Assembly: GCA_050273025.1 (NCBI GenBank) | Contig: CP158636.1 | Location: 1,116,001 to 1,180,000, forward strand | Direction: 5' to 3' | Length of the DNA stretch: 64,000 bases | DNA from: Cenococcum geophilum | Lineage: Eukaryota | In this document: positions 10,466 through 23,200 of the stretch, in pieces | How positions within the stretch are numbered: the stretch's first letter is position 1 | Layout: every line of letters begins with the position of its first letter | Made by a program: the position numbers and the translations under genes | Notes under the pieces: generated by a model | Told to the model about the DNA's origin: nothing | Seen by the model: only the letters and a program-made list of their open reading frames with translations | Database searches by the model: none

Positions 10466-11806
10466 CTAAATCGTCTTGTCGGCCTCTACAGGATGCTTAC
10501 CCAGACTCTCATACCACTGGACGACACTTCCAATCAGGAAAGCCCAGCTACCCCAAAACGTGCTCAGCGAAGCTTGGTACTGCGCCCAGCTCGCTGACTT
10601 GTACCCGAAACACGGACACAAGGTAAAGCCAATCCCGCCTATGAGGTTCCAAAATCCAATATGCCACCCCAGAGTCTTGAAAGCAGGTTTCCACCACTTG
10701 CTCTGAGTTTCGATCATGAAGAGCGTTCCGGAGACTATGAAGCCACTTCCGCCAATCACTTGAGGCGTCCAGTATATGCCATCCGTCAATCCCGGCGACA
10801 TGTGGTCGAAGATACCTGGCAGCGCCGTAAAGCCAGAAATCCAGAAAATAGTGGCGCCAAAGAGCTGCGCCAGCGAAGCGATAAAGCCCAGTTCATGGAA
10901 ATAGTGATTGCGCAGGTTAGCGTACGATGGGAACCAGACCCAGGATTTCCTTCTCTGACTGCCCGAGGTTGAGGCTGCTGAGGTCATCGTGTTGCTGGCG
11001 CCTTTACCGACCAAGTTCCGCTTGTTGCGGTGGTGGTGCACGCATGCTGAGGCGGACGGACGTAGTTGTAGCGTCGCACCGCCTTTCTCGTGGGTGAGCT
11101 CGGAAATGACGCGCTCGATGGCCCAGCCGAAGCAGCCGGTGCGGTTCTCGTTCACGGCTTCGAACATGAGGAGGATGGAACCGATCTCGAAGATTGTGGC
11201 GCCCACAAACGCGGTGATGCCGCCGCCGTACAGTATCTCGGTGCCGAACTCGGTCGATGGCTGGACCAAAGGAAGGAACACGAAGAACGCATTGATTACC
11301 CACACCACACTTCCCAGTGTAAATATTGTTGCAACGTCGTATGATACGTCCCAGACGGGAAACTTAGTGAACATCCGCAGGATCCCACGCGCTATCTCGC
11401 GCAGTGAGCTGGTCGGAAGAGGCGTGAGGTATTTGGTATCTGCAGGCGAATTCGCTAGATTAACAGCGAGCGCGTGCCGCCCCTTGCGGTTGTTTCGGGA
11501 CGTCCATCCGTACGCTACGGTGGAGGCGGGCTGCTCGTTCTCTGACTTGGGTTTAGCAGGGCTGGTCTGCCGAACTTTTTCACTGGAAGACTTGGGGGAT
11601 GCTTCGTGGTGCGCCTTGAGCGAGGAGGTAGGCTGGAAGTGCGCGCTTGTTGGGTTTAGGAAGGGAAATGGACCGGTTACTCGAGCTGGGTTGAGGCGGA
11701 GGGAGTGGTGGTGGCGCAAAGGGAGTCGTTCGAGGCGGAAGTTCTGGCTTCGTCTGAGGGGAGCTGGAGGAGGTATGGAGCTTTCTGCAGCGTCATTCTG
11801 CTGCAT
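10466..11806 (-). CDS. Conserved fungal integral membrane protein (multi-pass, two internally similar halves)
   Basis: Long uninterrupted ORF with about 6 hydrophobic segments (ATIFTLGSVVWVINAFF, FVGATIFEIGS, LFGATIFWISG, WNLIGGIGF, FWGSWAFLIGS). First ATG is at 11806. Confidence 0.8.
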   Translation of the reverse strand: MQQNDAAESSIPPPAPLRRSQNFRLERLPLRHHHSLRLNPARVTGPFPFLNPTSAHFQPTSSLKAHHEASPKSSSEKVRQTSPAKPKSENEQPASTVAYGWTSRNNRKGRHALAVNLANSPADTKYLTPLPTSSLREIARGILRMFTKFPVWDVSYDVATIFTLGSVVWVINAFFVFLPLVQPSTEFGTEILYGGGITAFVGATIFEIGSILLMFEAVNENRTGCFGWAIERVISELTHEKGGATLQLRPSASACVHHHRNKRNLVGKGASNTMTSAASTSGSQRRKSWVWFPSYANLRNHYFHELGFIASLAQLFGATIFWISGFTALPGIFDHMSPGLTDGIYWTPQVIGGSGFIVSGTLFMIETQSKWWKPAFKTLGWHIGFWNLIGGIGFTLCPCFGYKSASWAQYQASLSTFWGSWAFLIGSVVQWYESLGKHPVEADKTI

Positions 11807-12503
11807 AGCTGCCAATTAGTATCGCGGGTACGAATATAGTAGGATCATAGTAGACATGGGGATGCGCAGAGGTTTTGAGGCTGGTTTCGAAGACTGGCAT
11901 GATATCTGCTGCCAAAGTAAATGGAAAATGTGGAGAAGGTGCCTGCCAAGTGCCAAGGTTGTCAAGGCCAGCGATCGGCGCCACACGGGCCAATGCACGG
12001 GCCACCTTGTAGATGCCTTCTCGAGCGATCGAGCTCCATAGGTTTTCCCTTATAGAGCCTCTTAGGTCCCCGCGCTCTATCAATAATTTTTGCGATGGTC
12101 GGATCTCCGATTCCTCTATAGCTTTGTACAATATAATTGCAGATTATATGGTTAGAATAACCGCGAAGGGCCACTTCTTTGCTTTGCTCTCATGAAGAAA
12201 ACATCTATTTATTATGATTTAATACATCAAGCCCTCTGTCGCCAGATATTTTTCATGACCATCTTTTTGTCACGTATGTAGTGAGGAAAAGTTGTGGTGT
12301 TGAATCACCGAGACAATGTGAGTATTACGAAAGATTATCTTATATGAGGATCTGCCCGGATTTCCTGGTTATAGTATAGATAATCGCTTCTTTATCCTCA
12401 TATTTGCTCCAGTAACCTATCGATGATGATCTGTAAACCTCTCAAACCCGCGCATCATCATAGAAAACATCTTCACCGCACCCATTGGCCTCGGTGGGAG
12501 AAA

Positions 12504-13129
12504 TCACGTTTCTGCAGCTTTAGCTTCCTCACTCCCAACCGCGACCAACTTTCCGACGACCAAGTATTTCTCGGAGAACCGCTCCTCCCAACCTTGCAGA
12601 GCCTCCATTTCTTCAGGGCTTAGATCTTTCAGAGTATCCAATGGCGCCTCTAGATCCTTCGTCAACATCTCCTCGTCGAAACTTCCGCATGCCAGCCCTC
12701 GGCTAGCGTCGCGCCCGGCAAAGTTGGCGTAGGGTCCACCGGGTCCGTAGAAGTTCCTGCCGGAGGTCACGTCGAAAACACGGCCTCGAACGGCGAGGTA
12801 GACGGGCATACCGTTCAGACCATTGTATGGAAGTAATGTAGGCGGCGTGAATGTCCGGAAGACTGTTGGAGGAGGGGCTCGCGGGAGGGTTTGCGGAGTT
12901 GCAGGTCGGAGTCGGAGATAGACGATGAAGACGAAGAGGGAGAGAAGGATGATGTTTATGGGGGTCATGATAGGCGCTCTGAATGGAAAAGTTAGCTACA
13001 TGTGTCTGGAGTATGGCTTTGGGCATAATGCTTACGCTTCAGCAGCCGGAGGACTTGAGCCAACAGCTAGTTAAGTCAGTTAAGGTTATCAAAAAATTAG
13101 TACAGACGTCTTCACTCACTGTCTGCCAT
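12504..13129 (-). CDS. DAP1: Cytochrome b5-like heme/steroid-binding protein (Dap1/PGRMC1 family), 3 exons (13120-13129, 13036-13066, 12504-12978)
   Basis: N-terminal TM helix, then YLAVRGRVFDVTSGRNFYGPGGPYANFAGRDASRGLA...W.ERFSEKYLVVGKL. Two small upstream exons have canonical splice sites. Confidence 0.9.
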
Positions 13130-14853
13130 TGTTTCTCTTTTTCAAATTGTCAGAGCCTTTAAGAAATGCTTGAAATCGACAAGTACTGCTATGTATATGT
13201 GGTGTATGGGACCCGAGGTGTGGGTTTCGGAGTTGGGCTAGCGGGGTGGCTTATGAAAGCGCATGACGGAATGCTAAAATTTCCCAACACCAAAGAGTGT
13301 TACTCGTAACCCTGGTTGTTCGTCCAAGCTGCATGTACTCCGATCGGCTTCTGAGTAATCTCCACCTCTAAACTCTGTGTTAAACCCTGCGACCCCGAAG
13401 ACGAGGATGTCTGCAAATTCCCGTGCATAATCGAGCGCTGTGGAGTATTTGTCCTACAGGGTCTCTGCTGATCTGACTTCAGCCGTGGCCCACTCTCGCG
13501 CAGGCTCCATGTTGATACACTAAGAGAATCACCTCATCACCAAGGGCTCGCTACTAACTGTCATCGTCAAAGCCACAATTCTTAGCAAGGACGTGTTCTG
13601 CACCGGACACGGTCGAGAAATAGTTTTCTAAGGAGTGTTGACCAACGTGGTACGCGCTTCGAATCATTCTGAAACACTGGCCTTTTGATGAAACTTCATA
13701 TCCAGAACTTTGATTTGGACATCCCCTGGCATCCTTTAATTGGCATCTAGCTATCCCGACTTCCCTCGGCGCCGACTCTCCCGGAAACATTGCATCTTCT
13801 TTGAACGAACCGTTCGGGAGGCCTTAAGCATTCCTGACCTGCAGCTTGCCTTGGGAGTACGAAGCAACCTTTGACTGCTGCGCCTCATAATAAACCTACC
13901 GTGACTTCTTTCCCTCCACGCTTTTCTGTCTCTTCATCGCCTGTGCCTGCCACTGCTCCTCTGTGACTTCTCGACTTCTCCCTTCCTTTGTTGACTAACA
14001 CTGAATCTACGCGACTGCACCATCCTCACTGAAGAGACGTGCCTGTTCAATACAACGTCTGCTTCCACTTTGTCTGTCTATCTGGTAAGTGCGACCTTTC
14101 CTTGAGTACTATTCCTTTTTTGCTTGTTTCTCTCCATTTCGCCTCCACTCCTCTCATACAAACACCAACACTACCAATCGCTGTTGCGGACTCCTATTGT
14201 TCTTTAGCCTAATCACAACATAATTCTTCACCCATCGCTTACTGGAACTCCTTCCTCTCCTGCTCTTGTTCTCATACCCAAGACCTATCGCCGAGACTGG
14301 GACAATGATTGCAGACGGTCCTATCCATACCGAGAAAGAAAAAAAAAGGCTGGTCGTATTTGCCCTTTTTCCTACCTACGCTTGCTATCCGCCTTGATGG
14401 TGGATCCAACGAAAACGTAGCCGTCAACTTTTGCCTATGCTTTTTAGCCGGTATCGTTGCTCAAACTTATGCCATCATTTTTATCCGCCGCCCCAAGGAA
14501 AAACGGCACAATTCTCTACCTGCACGCTTCTCATTAAGGAGAAAGCCCAAGGGTGAACTAATGCTCCCGGTCCCCACTAGTCGGGAGCGCATAGTGCAAG
14601 AATCTGAGACGTCTTTGATTACATCCGGGCATGACCGTCCAGAGTCTACGAATCTAAAGGAGTCGACCAACGAAAGCATGCAGCCTCCGGAATACAGAAA
14701 GAAATCCTCGGACGAACAGCTCCGTAAACGCAATGATCTGGCATGACCGCACACATTTTCTTTTACCTCGTTGTTTTTGGTATTATTGTTGACTGAGAAG
14801 GCTGTGAGTCCTATGCTGAATTTCGAATTTTCATAGTTCTTCCACCCGCAATC

Positions 14854-16832
14854 ATGTGGAAGCGGATACAGCGCCCCGGCCGTGAAAGAGAAAAGCAGAT
14901 CAGCAATCCGGTCCTGATCGAAACGACCTACGACGGAAAGACACTTGGACGTATTCCTAACATCTCGGACCTGCAACCTACTAGTCCCGACTCTTATACA
15001 TCGCCAGCGTACGCTGGACATAATATTACCGATGTCTCTACAGAGCTTCCAACACATCCTTTGTGAGTTGCAGACGCATAGCTTTTGCTACCCAAAAAAA
15101 TTTCCGCATCACTAATGATCTTTTAAATAGATCTCTAGCTCCACCAAAGAATCCTTATCGGTTATCGGAAGCTCCCACAGCATCTTCGGTTTATTCGCAG
15201 CCTTCTCCTGGTATGAGCTATGACTGGCCGGAACACCATATGGCGGTCCAGCCTGTATCTAACTATGCAGATGTTTCGCCACCAAGCTCCCCTGGAATGG
15301 AAGCTCAACATCGTCCTAGTGGATTACCCACAAGCCGAGACGTCTCTCCTGTAGGCGCTCATGCAGATGGTCTCGAAACCTCTAGGAGAGAAACCCGGCC
15401 AGGAAGTCACATCCCCGTCTTACGAAAATCCCCTCCAGGCCGAGCGTTGGGTAAAGAGCCAGTTGCTAACTCTGGACGAGGTAGAACAGCGTCTTCTCGT
15501 CTTACACGATGGGACGATTTTTCTGGCGAACCTACAATGAGTTATGCGGGAAAACCTGCCCAAGTCGTACCGGAATCTTCGAATTATGCACCTTACGCCG
15601 GCAGCAGACCTCAGGACCATGGTATTGGATATCAAGTTTCTGTGAGTGGTGGACAACAGAAACCAAAGAAACATACATTCTCGGAGCGCGCAACGCGCTT
15701 TGGCTCAAAGGCTCTTTCTGTAGAGACTAAACCCCGAGAAGAATGGAAAGGCGCTAGCGGACGAACAGCGATCGTTCAGCCCCTGGCAGATAAACCAAGC
15801 AAAATGCCACTCAGTATACCACCCCAAAGCTATCGAATGCCTAGTCCGGGAGTATCAGATGAATCAGGCCGTAGTACTCCGTCCTCGGCTGCGATAACGG
15901 TGAGGAGAATACCTATGGGGGCTGACACATTATCCGTCTCACCCAGCCACGACCGACATGACGCGCATGATGACCCCATCAAACCGACCGTACCCCTAAA
16001 AGTTGGGAGAAATAGTCCTCCAAGAAGCATTGCATCCCCGACTTCACCAAATACTCAAAAGCACCCATATCCAAGTCCAATTACGCCGAGTGTGCAGAAT
16101 CCAATACCCACATCCATCGCCCCAAGCTATACTCAGTACGAAGACATCGTAGACTCATATTCAGGCCCCTCCCAGTCAAACGTCCATCGCAAGTCTATCG
16201 ACAGCACCCACGCCTTCAATAAAGACGACAAGGTGCCCGTTAGCCGCTTCAGCTGGACCACCTACGCAACGAACACGACCTACCAGCATAGCCCGCCGCC
16301 TTCACCTCTGCCCACCATACCCACCGCCACAGTCGCTACAATAACGCCCACTCCTGCCGTCTCCGTCCTCAACCGCCGGCGGCCAGTCGCCAGCGTCGCC
16401 TCCATCTCCACCCCTACAACCCGCAAACCTGTCCCCTCGCAGCAGCCGCAACCAGACCCCACGACCCCGGGCCCATCCCCCCGCTTCTCCATCGCCTCCA
16501 GCAAGGCGCTCCCGCGCCCACCGCCGGAGCTCGAGTCCGTCGACCACGTCTCGAGCCTCGAGGCGCAGCTCGACGACCTGCGCCTGCGGCGCCGCAACGT
16601 GAACAGGCTGCTGGGCGACCTGAACGGGACGCAGCCGCAGAACCCGCTGGTGACGGATCTGGCGAAGCGGCGAGAGACGGAGAAGCGGCGGAAGGAGTTC
16701 GAGGACGAGCTGGCGGAGATTGGGCGCAAGGAGCACGATGTCGGGCTGAGGCTGCATCGGGCGTGGAAGCGGAGGGAGAGGGAGGATGGCGCGGCGGGGA
16801 CGACGTTGTGGATTCGGCGCGTCACGGAGTAA
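14854..16832 (+). CDS. Hypothetical Pro/Ser-rich, largely disordered protein with a C-terminal coiled coil, 2 coding exons (14854-15062, 15131-16832)
   Basis: In-frame intron GTGAGT...CTAAT...TAG. Conserved-looking islands TRWDDFSGEPT, WKGASGR, SRFSWTT and a C-terminal EHDVGLRLHRAWKR...LWIRRVT. Codon bias is GC3-rich at the 3' end. Confidence 0.8.
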
Positions 16833-17436
16833 GGGGGTGGTTTGGTGGATATAATGCGGGGAGTTCTACTTTAACTTTCTTGAGAATGGGGTGGGGCGGG
16901 CTAATGGAGCAGGTACTCGGGCGGAGGGCGTATATTTGGAATGGCCGTTTTGTGGGGCTTCGAGGGCTATGGCAGATATATACCTTTCTTGGGATGGGAT
17001 CGGGTGGAGATGTTGTATGGTACCTACCTGCTACTACGCTGAATCGAGACATTATCAGTCGGATTCGAAATGCTTGGCGGGGTTGTCAGTTTGCGAAGTG
17101 GGGCCCCTGGACTGGTATCAGAGGATTGATCTGCCGTAGAGTCTTGATTCATAGCCTCTATGGAGCATGCTCGCGCCGTCCCTCATGAAGCAATGCCGCA
17201 TCTCTTCGTTACCTACATAAACCTCTCCAAATGTAACCTAGCCACCGTCCCACTCATCTCACCATCCCTTCCATATCCGGAGTATGCCTTACTCGGCTGT
17301 CGCTTCAGCAGCTATCCACCCGGAACTCCACTACGCAGGGCCGCCTCTAGAAAAAGGGTGTAAACGGCAGGACGATAGGGTTTGGAATCATTCTCTCTGG
17401 GAGTGGAGGATGAGGGGGTGGGAAGAAGAGGTGGGC

Positions 17437-18085
17437 TCACTTCTTGCCAGACTTCTTGATGCCTTGCTGGCCGGCGTTGAGGGGGCCTTTGCCTTTTGCT
17501 TTTGCGGCCATTTCGGCGCGCGCTTTGGCGTCTGCGATGTGCTGGCGTTAGCTTGGGTTTGTTATGTAGACTGACGTATGTGTGTGGACTGGTTTCTGGC
17601 CATGAGGGACAAGCGTCCTTTTCTGGTGTGTCCGGGTGGTAGGTGGTGAGACAGGTGGTGTGGGCGGGATGGGTGGGGAGCGGAGGGGTGAAGAGGGTAT
17701 TGGTGGAGGAGACGATGTGGAGGATATTGGGGGGTGTGTTGAAGCGTGTATGCGGAGTGTAGTACGAGAGACGTCGGTGTGATAGGCCGTGCGGATGGTA
17801 ATAGCCGTGGCTGTATGAGTGATGGGTGTGCACATCCGGCTGAGGGTGAAGGGGCGACGATTCTAGGTACAAGAGAGAGGAGCGGTGGAGCTATAGAAGA
17901 GGTAATACGGACCGGCTTGCTGCTTTGCCTTGAAGGCCTTATCCTCGTCGTCCTCCTCCTTGTGCTGCTTCTTGGGCTTTTTGTTGTGGATGGGGTTCGT
18001 GCCGGCTGCGGGGAGCGGTCAGCGGGGCTGTCGCGACTGGGGATTTAAGCAGTTGGGACATCGTACTCCCTTGTCCTGAAGGCAT
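17437..18085 (-). CDS. TMA7: Translation machinery-associated protein 7 (68 aa), 3 exons (18067-18085, 17913-18005, 17437-17531)
   Basis: The spliced product [68 protein letters not shown] ends in the TMA7 signature GPL...GIKKSGKK. Exon lengths sum to 207 nt. The ORF track misses it. Confidence 0.92.
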
Positions 18086-18589
18086 GGTTGCAGGATTAGC
18101 GTGTTAGTGTGTCGGAGTTGTTCTGGTGTAGTGGTTGGCTGTGTGTGGGCGCTGAGCAAGATCAGGACGGCGAGGATGAGTTGTGGTGAGGCTCTTTTAG
18201 CGGAGCGACATGTATCCACAACTGCAAGTCGCCGAACAACGGGAAAGGTGTGGGCTCGAGACGGGGGAATTGATAGCGAACTGACTTGACAACTACCTTT
18301 ATTTCCCGGGCGCGGCTTGGCGGTGGGAATATAAAGTATAGCGATAGCTCCCCTTTTTTGCCCTTTTGAATTACATGAGCATCTTGCTGAATTTGCTTCA
18401 TTTGCTGGAATTTGTACACTATGTACATGTTGGTATCTTGCACGCCATTTAGTTCCTTCACGTTTCACATCAAAACCATCCCTTCGTATGTACAACTCGA
18501 AGTTGTTCAAACACCAACGATGAAATGCCAAATACCCTCCCAACCAGCTGACCATAATGCTGAAATATATTTAAGACCCTTGAACAAGA

Positions 18590-20214
18590 TCAGCTGGGCT
18601 TGATTGGAACCATTCCTTCAAGAGCTGGCATTATTTCAAGCGCTTTATGGTCCATGGCCCAGCTTCCGAGGTCATTGATATGGCTTTCAAACAGTGGAGT
18701 TAATCTCGTGCAGCCAGAATTGATGTCCCAGTAGTGGCAGGCCCCGTCCGTATAAGGCCAGTTCACGGATACAAAACCGACGAACGCACCAACGACAAAA
18801 TCGCCAGGATGCTGGTAGAGATACTGTCGCAATTCCGGCCTGCAACAATTAGCATGAAACCAACAAATCGAGTGGCCGCAGCTCACCAAGGAAGAAGATC
18901 GACAAGAATGTCATATGGCATACAATCTTGTCGCGCTAAGGGCATCAGCCACTCTGGCATATCGTTCATGTTCTCAATGCTCGGCCATATGTGCCACTAG
19001 CGTTGCTTCAGTGTTGGGCTTGGTCAGCAGAAGTTCTCAAACTTACCCGCATCATTTTCGCTAGTAAATACGCAGAGGCGAGCCGTACCGGCAGTGGTTC
19101 ATTCACCAGCGTTTTGCCGACCATTCGCGCAGCCCAGGTTGGCACCGGGTGTCCCTCCTGGGTGTCTGTGAAGCCCAGAAGAATCGAATCAACATCAACC
19201 TCACCACGGCCGAAGATCTGTACTTCATTCCACCCATTTGCTAACATTTCCCGCTTAGATCTTCTATAAAAGCTGCAGTCGAAGCTGAACTTGTTCGCCT
19301 CACTCGGCTCTAGGTATGTGAAAGAGGGCGCCGGCTGTATTAGATTCTGTGTCTGGCAGGCTAAAGCTGGTTGACTCTGTTTCCGACTTTCCTATCGTCA
19401 GCCGAGTCCTGATTCATTATGCTTGGCTTCCCTAGTCTATTCTAACCTGTTGTCCCGAGACGATCCGCCGTATGAAGACGCTGTAGGGGTTTGTGATAGC
19501 TGTGTATATACTTCGGGTCCGGAAGTTTCCATGATGTCACCTTGCTGTTGGGGCGCCTCCTGAATACTGATCAGTCCATAGGATCTTTATGCTCCCATGG
19601 AATAGCGCTCACCTGGAAAGATTTTCTAATTTCATCAATCGAGTGATGCGAAAATCCGTGTTTCTTTATTTCACTAGCCCATTCCAGTGCTGCCGTTTGG
19701 TTTGGTGTTACAATCAGGAGCGGAAGGATCGATTTAACATCTTCAAGTTCTCTTTCCAGTCTCCTAACATGAGTACGTAGTTGTGTCGTGGTTTTTCCAT
19801 CCTCGGCAACATCGTATATACATGAAAGATTCTTAGACTGGCACGTATTGCACCTTGGTCTTACTCCATCGCACTGCAAGCTCAACTTTCGTGTCAGGCC
19901 CGATTTTTCTACATTTGGTTGTTGGGGAGAGTCTGCCTGACCTTCGATTTCCGCTTCCTACAACTCTCACATGCGATAGATGTTATTTTTCCTCTAGGAG
20001 TTCGAAGGGCGTATGTTCCGGAGATAGGCGAATGGTTTTGCAACCCCGAGTTTCCGAAAGATCCAGCAAGTCCCTGCTTAGGAGCAAGCGGAGCTTTATG
20101 AGCTAAGTCTGTCGAGGGGAGTGGCCGAAGAACAAGTCCGGAAAACTCTGGCGGGTTGGTCTGGCTTGGTGTTTGCTGTGAAACCCAAGATTGTGGGGAG
20201 TCCTGGCTATTCAA
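18590..20214 (-). CDS. Zn2Cys6 transcription factor with a DUF3425-like C-terminal region; multi-exon, 5' end uncertain (start upstream of 20214)
   Basis: ACESCRKRKSK|CDGVRPRCNTCQSKNLSCIY is a complete binuclear cluster across an intron, followed by a coiled coil. The C-terminus has DLLPW|PELRQYL...SVNWPY...LTPLFESHINDLGSW. Confidence 0.82.
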
Positions 20215-23200
20215 CTGTTAGCATAACTTTTTCTTAATGATTACAAGTATCCACAAATAATCCGGAGTTGCCAACAGCATGGTGGCATGTTAAACCATGC
20301 TCTCTGATGAATTATAGGCATACGGATCCTCGCCCCTCGATGTCTCTTTTCGGGAGTCTTCCTAAAGAGTGCTACTCGAAATTAGCATTTGGTGGCAGCT
20401 GCCTCATTTGAAAAGGTAGTAGTCCAAATTAGCATTGCCGCTCGCGAATGTTTTAATGCTCGGGTAGGAATTCCAAAGGTTCCCAAAGGCTAGGGATGTT
20501 CCAAGGTTTGCAAGGTCATAGCCAGCGCTGTCGTTGCAATGGCCTGATTTTAGACGCCACCGAAGGGTTCCTACCCCTAAGGCCGATTTGGAGGCAGCTG
20601 ATAGAAGCATGAGTCCAAATATGGTCCCAGTTTTAATAAGACTCGAGCAGTTCTTGTAATAAATGATTACAGATCTTAGACGTTGCTGGTCGAAGAGCAA
20701 AAAAGGCCAATAGTCATCATGGAGTTTGACGGAAATTGAAGAAAATGCCAGTATATGCTACGATCTTCATGCCTGATGAGGGAGATTTCTTTGTAAAACG
20801 CGAGACATCGGTCTAGTTGAGTAATGTCGATAGGAGGCTTCTTGACCGAAGCCACGGAAGCGGGGCTAAAACCGGATAATACAACCGAGGAACGAATCGT
20901 GTGCTCACCTCTGTGCGCCATACGGATTATTAACAGCATGGGATTGGCGTCGCAACATTTTGTGATGATGGCGATCTTCGAAAAAAATACTGGGCGGTCC
21001 GTTCGAAAAGCCGTTACTATACCAGTAGTTCGCCTCTGAAATGGCTGCATTAACTCCGGAGTGCGGCGTACACATGTAGTACTTACCGAAGGACGCATTC
21101 GTCGTTCCTGGAGGCATGAATGCAATCATTGCTTTTCTCGAGGGCTGGAGAAAATTTATTTGTCGATTGTTGAGCTGCGGAGACTTCAACGGGACCCTGT
21201 GTTTATGATCGCCCTTGCATGCGGCGTCTATTTCTATAGTCGCTGTTAAGACTGTATGCTTAAAGAGTCTACTAAGGTTGGCCAACCTTGACGTCTTTTG
21301 CTGCTGACAAGGTTGACGCGCTGGACTAGACCGCTCTAACAGTTTGTGCCGCCGCAAGGCCAAAAAGCCTCAGTGCTTCCCACCTTGACGGCAGAGTGGG
21401 ATCTGGACCAGAGCCAAACGCCGCGGGCGGGTCGGCTCAGGAATGTCGGTATTGGCAAAGGTTCGGGGCTTGAGATTCTGCTCCCAACAGCTGGAAGAAA
21501 GGTAGGGTCAAAATGGACTTCATCGAGGAGGGCCACACGAGTTACAACTGCTCGCCCAGCGTCATATCTAGCCCCAACCATTAGCCCTAGCATCAGACTC
21601 TCGTGCCCCTACCACGAAGTTTGGGCGGGCATGGTAAGCTCGGTTCAGAGGCTTTTGTTTCCCCCATGACGCAGCCGCCCAGGCTGGCTTTGACGTGTGG
21701 TAAGGCCATCTAAGCTCCGGCAACTACCATTCATGTAAAGTTCTAGACCCTTGGGTTGGCCAGGTTCGTCTGCTCCAAGCTGGCATTTGGTGCAAGCCTT
21801 AAGGCACCCCTGCTACATGAAACGGCACCAATTGAGACGGTGGCAACACTCAATACAAAGCCGTCGAAGACCAGCCCACGCTACTGTCGGTCCGATGGCG
21901 GTTGAGGAGGATAAGCGTGCAACGCCATTGGAAGGCGCACCGTGCTTAAGAATTTAATTGTTGTTATTATTGCTGTTGCCGTTCGATGCGTCGTGAGCCT
22001 TCGATGTTGAGGGGATTATGGCAAAAGTGCTGCCATTCCCTCATGTTGATTGACGCTGTGAGGTTTCCCCGTATCTTTGAAAAATTTACGCCAATCCCTC
22101 CGCGCTGTCTCTCTAGATGAGCTGCTCTGTGGAGGAGAAATGAGACATTATCAGCTACTCGCCGCGCAAACGTCCGTCGCGTCCATCTCCCGCTAGCCAA
22201 CAATGCCACAAGCAGTAATCCGGGAAAACGACTCACGGACCGTGCACAGCCCACTGCCGAACCGCGTCTTCAGTGTTTGCCTTCTGCATCTGATTTCTTA
22301 CTTGAGCGTACGCTTTGCCCAACCCAGCATGTCTAACCCATGCCACTTCGTAGGGTAGGACCATGCAAGCAGGTGGCCCATGTGAAGGCTCCCATGTGCT
22401 AGAGTCGTCCGATCTTCACCTGTTGATACCGTCATCCGACCGTTGTTATCCAAGTACACTACTCAAGCGGAGGCACTCAAGAAAGGTAGGCGCTAAGATC
22501 TACACTGCACCAACAGCCTTCGATTTCATTGCTAATAAAACCATTATTTCTCTACGGACAGAAAAATGGGGTGTCGGAAAATACCCTCCGAAAGACCTTC
22601 CGAAAACTGGGCTGCCGCCTCTTGGTCTGCTATGCGTTCTTTTTCCCCGCATCCGCCTTTGGGACTTTGAAAACGCCACGATCTGCCAAGTCCGCCTTGA
22701 GGCGTGAGTGATGCAGGTTCACACATCCCCAACCTACGCTACTGCTGCTTAGGCTTCAACGTCCGCTCACGCTCTTTCGGCTTGAAGACTCTGAAAAAAT
22801 TTGGTACACGTTGGGATTCTTTGGCAATCACATTCGCCCTTCAGCATGTCATGCTTGGCACTTTAGCCGCTGTCGTCAGATTGCTCTGGCAAGATCGGGG
22901 GACTGTTGAAATTTAGAACTACTCTCCGATCAGGAGAGCGCCAAAACCGGGGTACTCTAAATTTGGCTGGTTCTTTTGGAAGGTTTAAGCTGTCCGTACC
23001 GCCCTGATATTTAAGTGGCTTTAGCTTAGTTGTATGCGGCCACCATGTCTCATGAGCAATCTAGCGTCTTCTTGTAAGAAGTTCAACCTGGAAATCGCTC
23101 ATCGAAAGACGCTCAAACTCCAATTGACGATGCATGTACCTTCACCATAACTCAACTTTGATCGGCCCTTTGGCAACGAACCGACCCGCCGGAATCTTGC

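Noticed and set aside
10989..11819. 276-aa plus-strand ORF
   Set aside because: Antisense shadow of the GC-rich membrane-protein gene on the minus strand.
14309..15057. 145-aa plus and 196-aa minus ORFs upstream of the proline-rich gene
   Set aside because: No recognisable motifs. They probably lie in the 5' UTR or leader intron region, though a uORF role cannot be excluded.
17312..17872. 186-aa His/Pro/Thr-rich minus-strand ORF
   Set aside because: It runs through TMA7 intron 2 and exon 3 in another frame. The C/A-rich composition explains the lack of stops.
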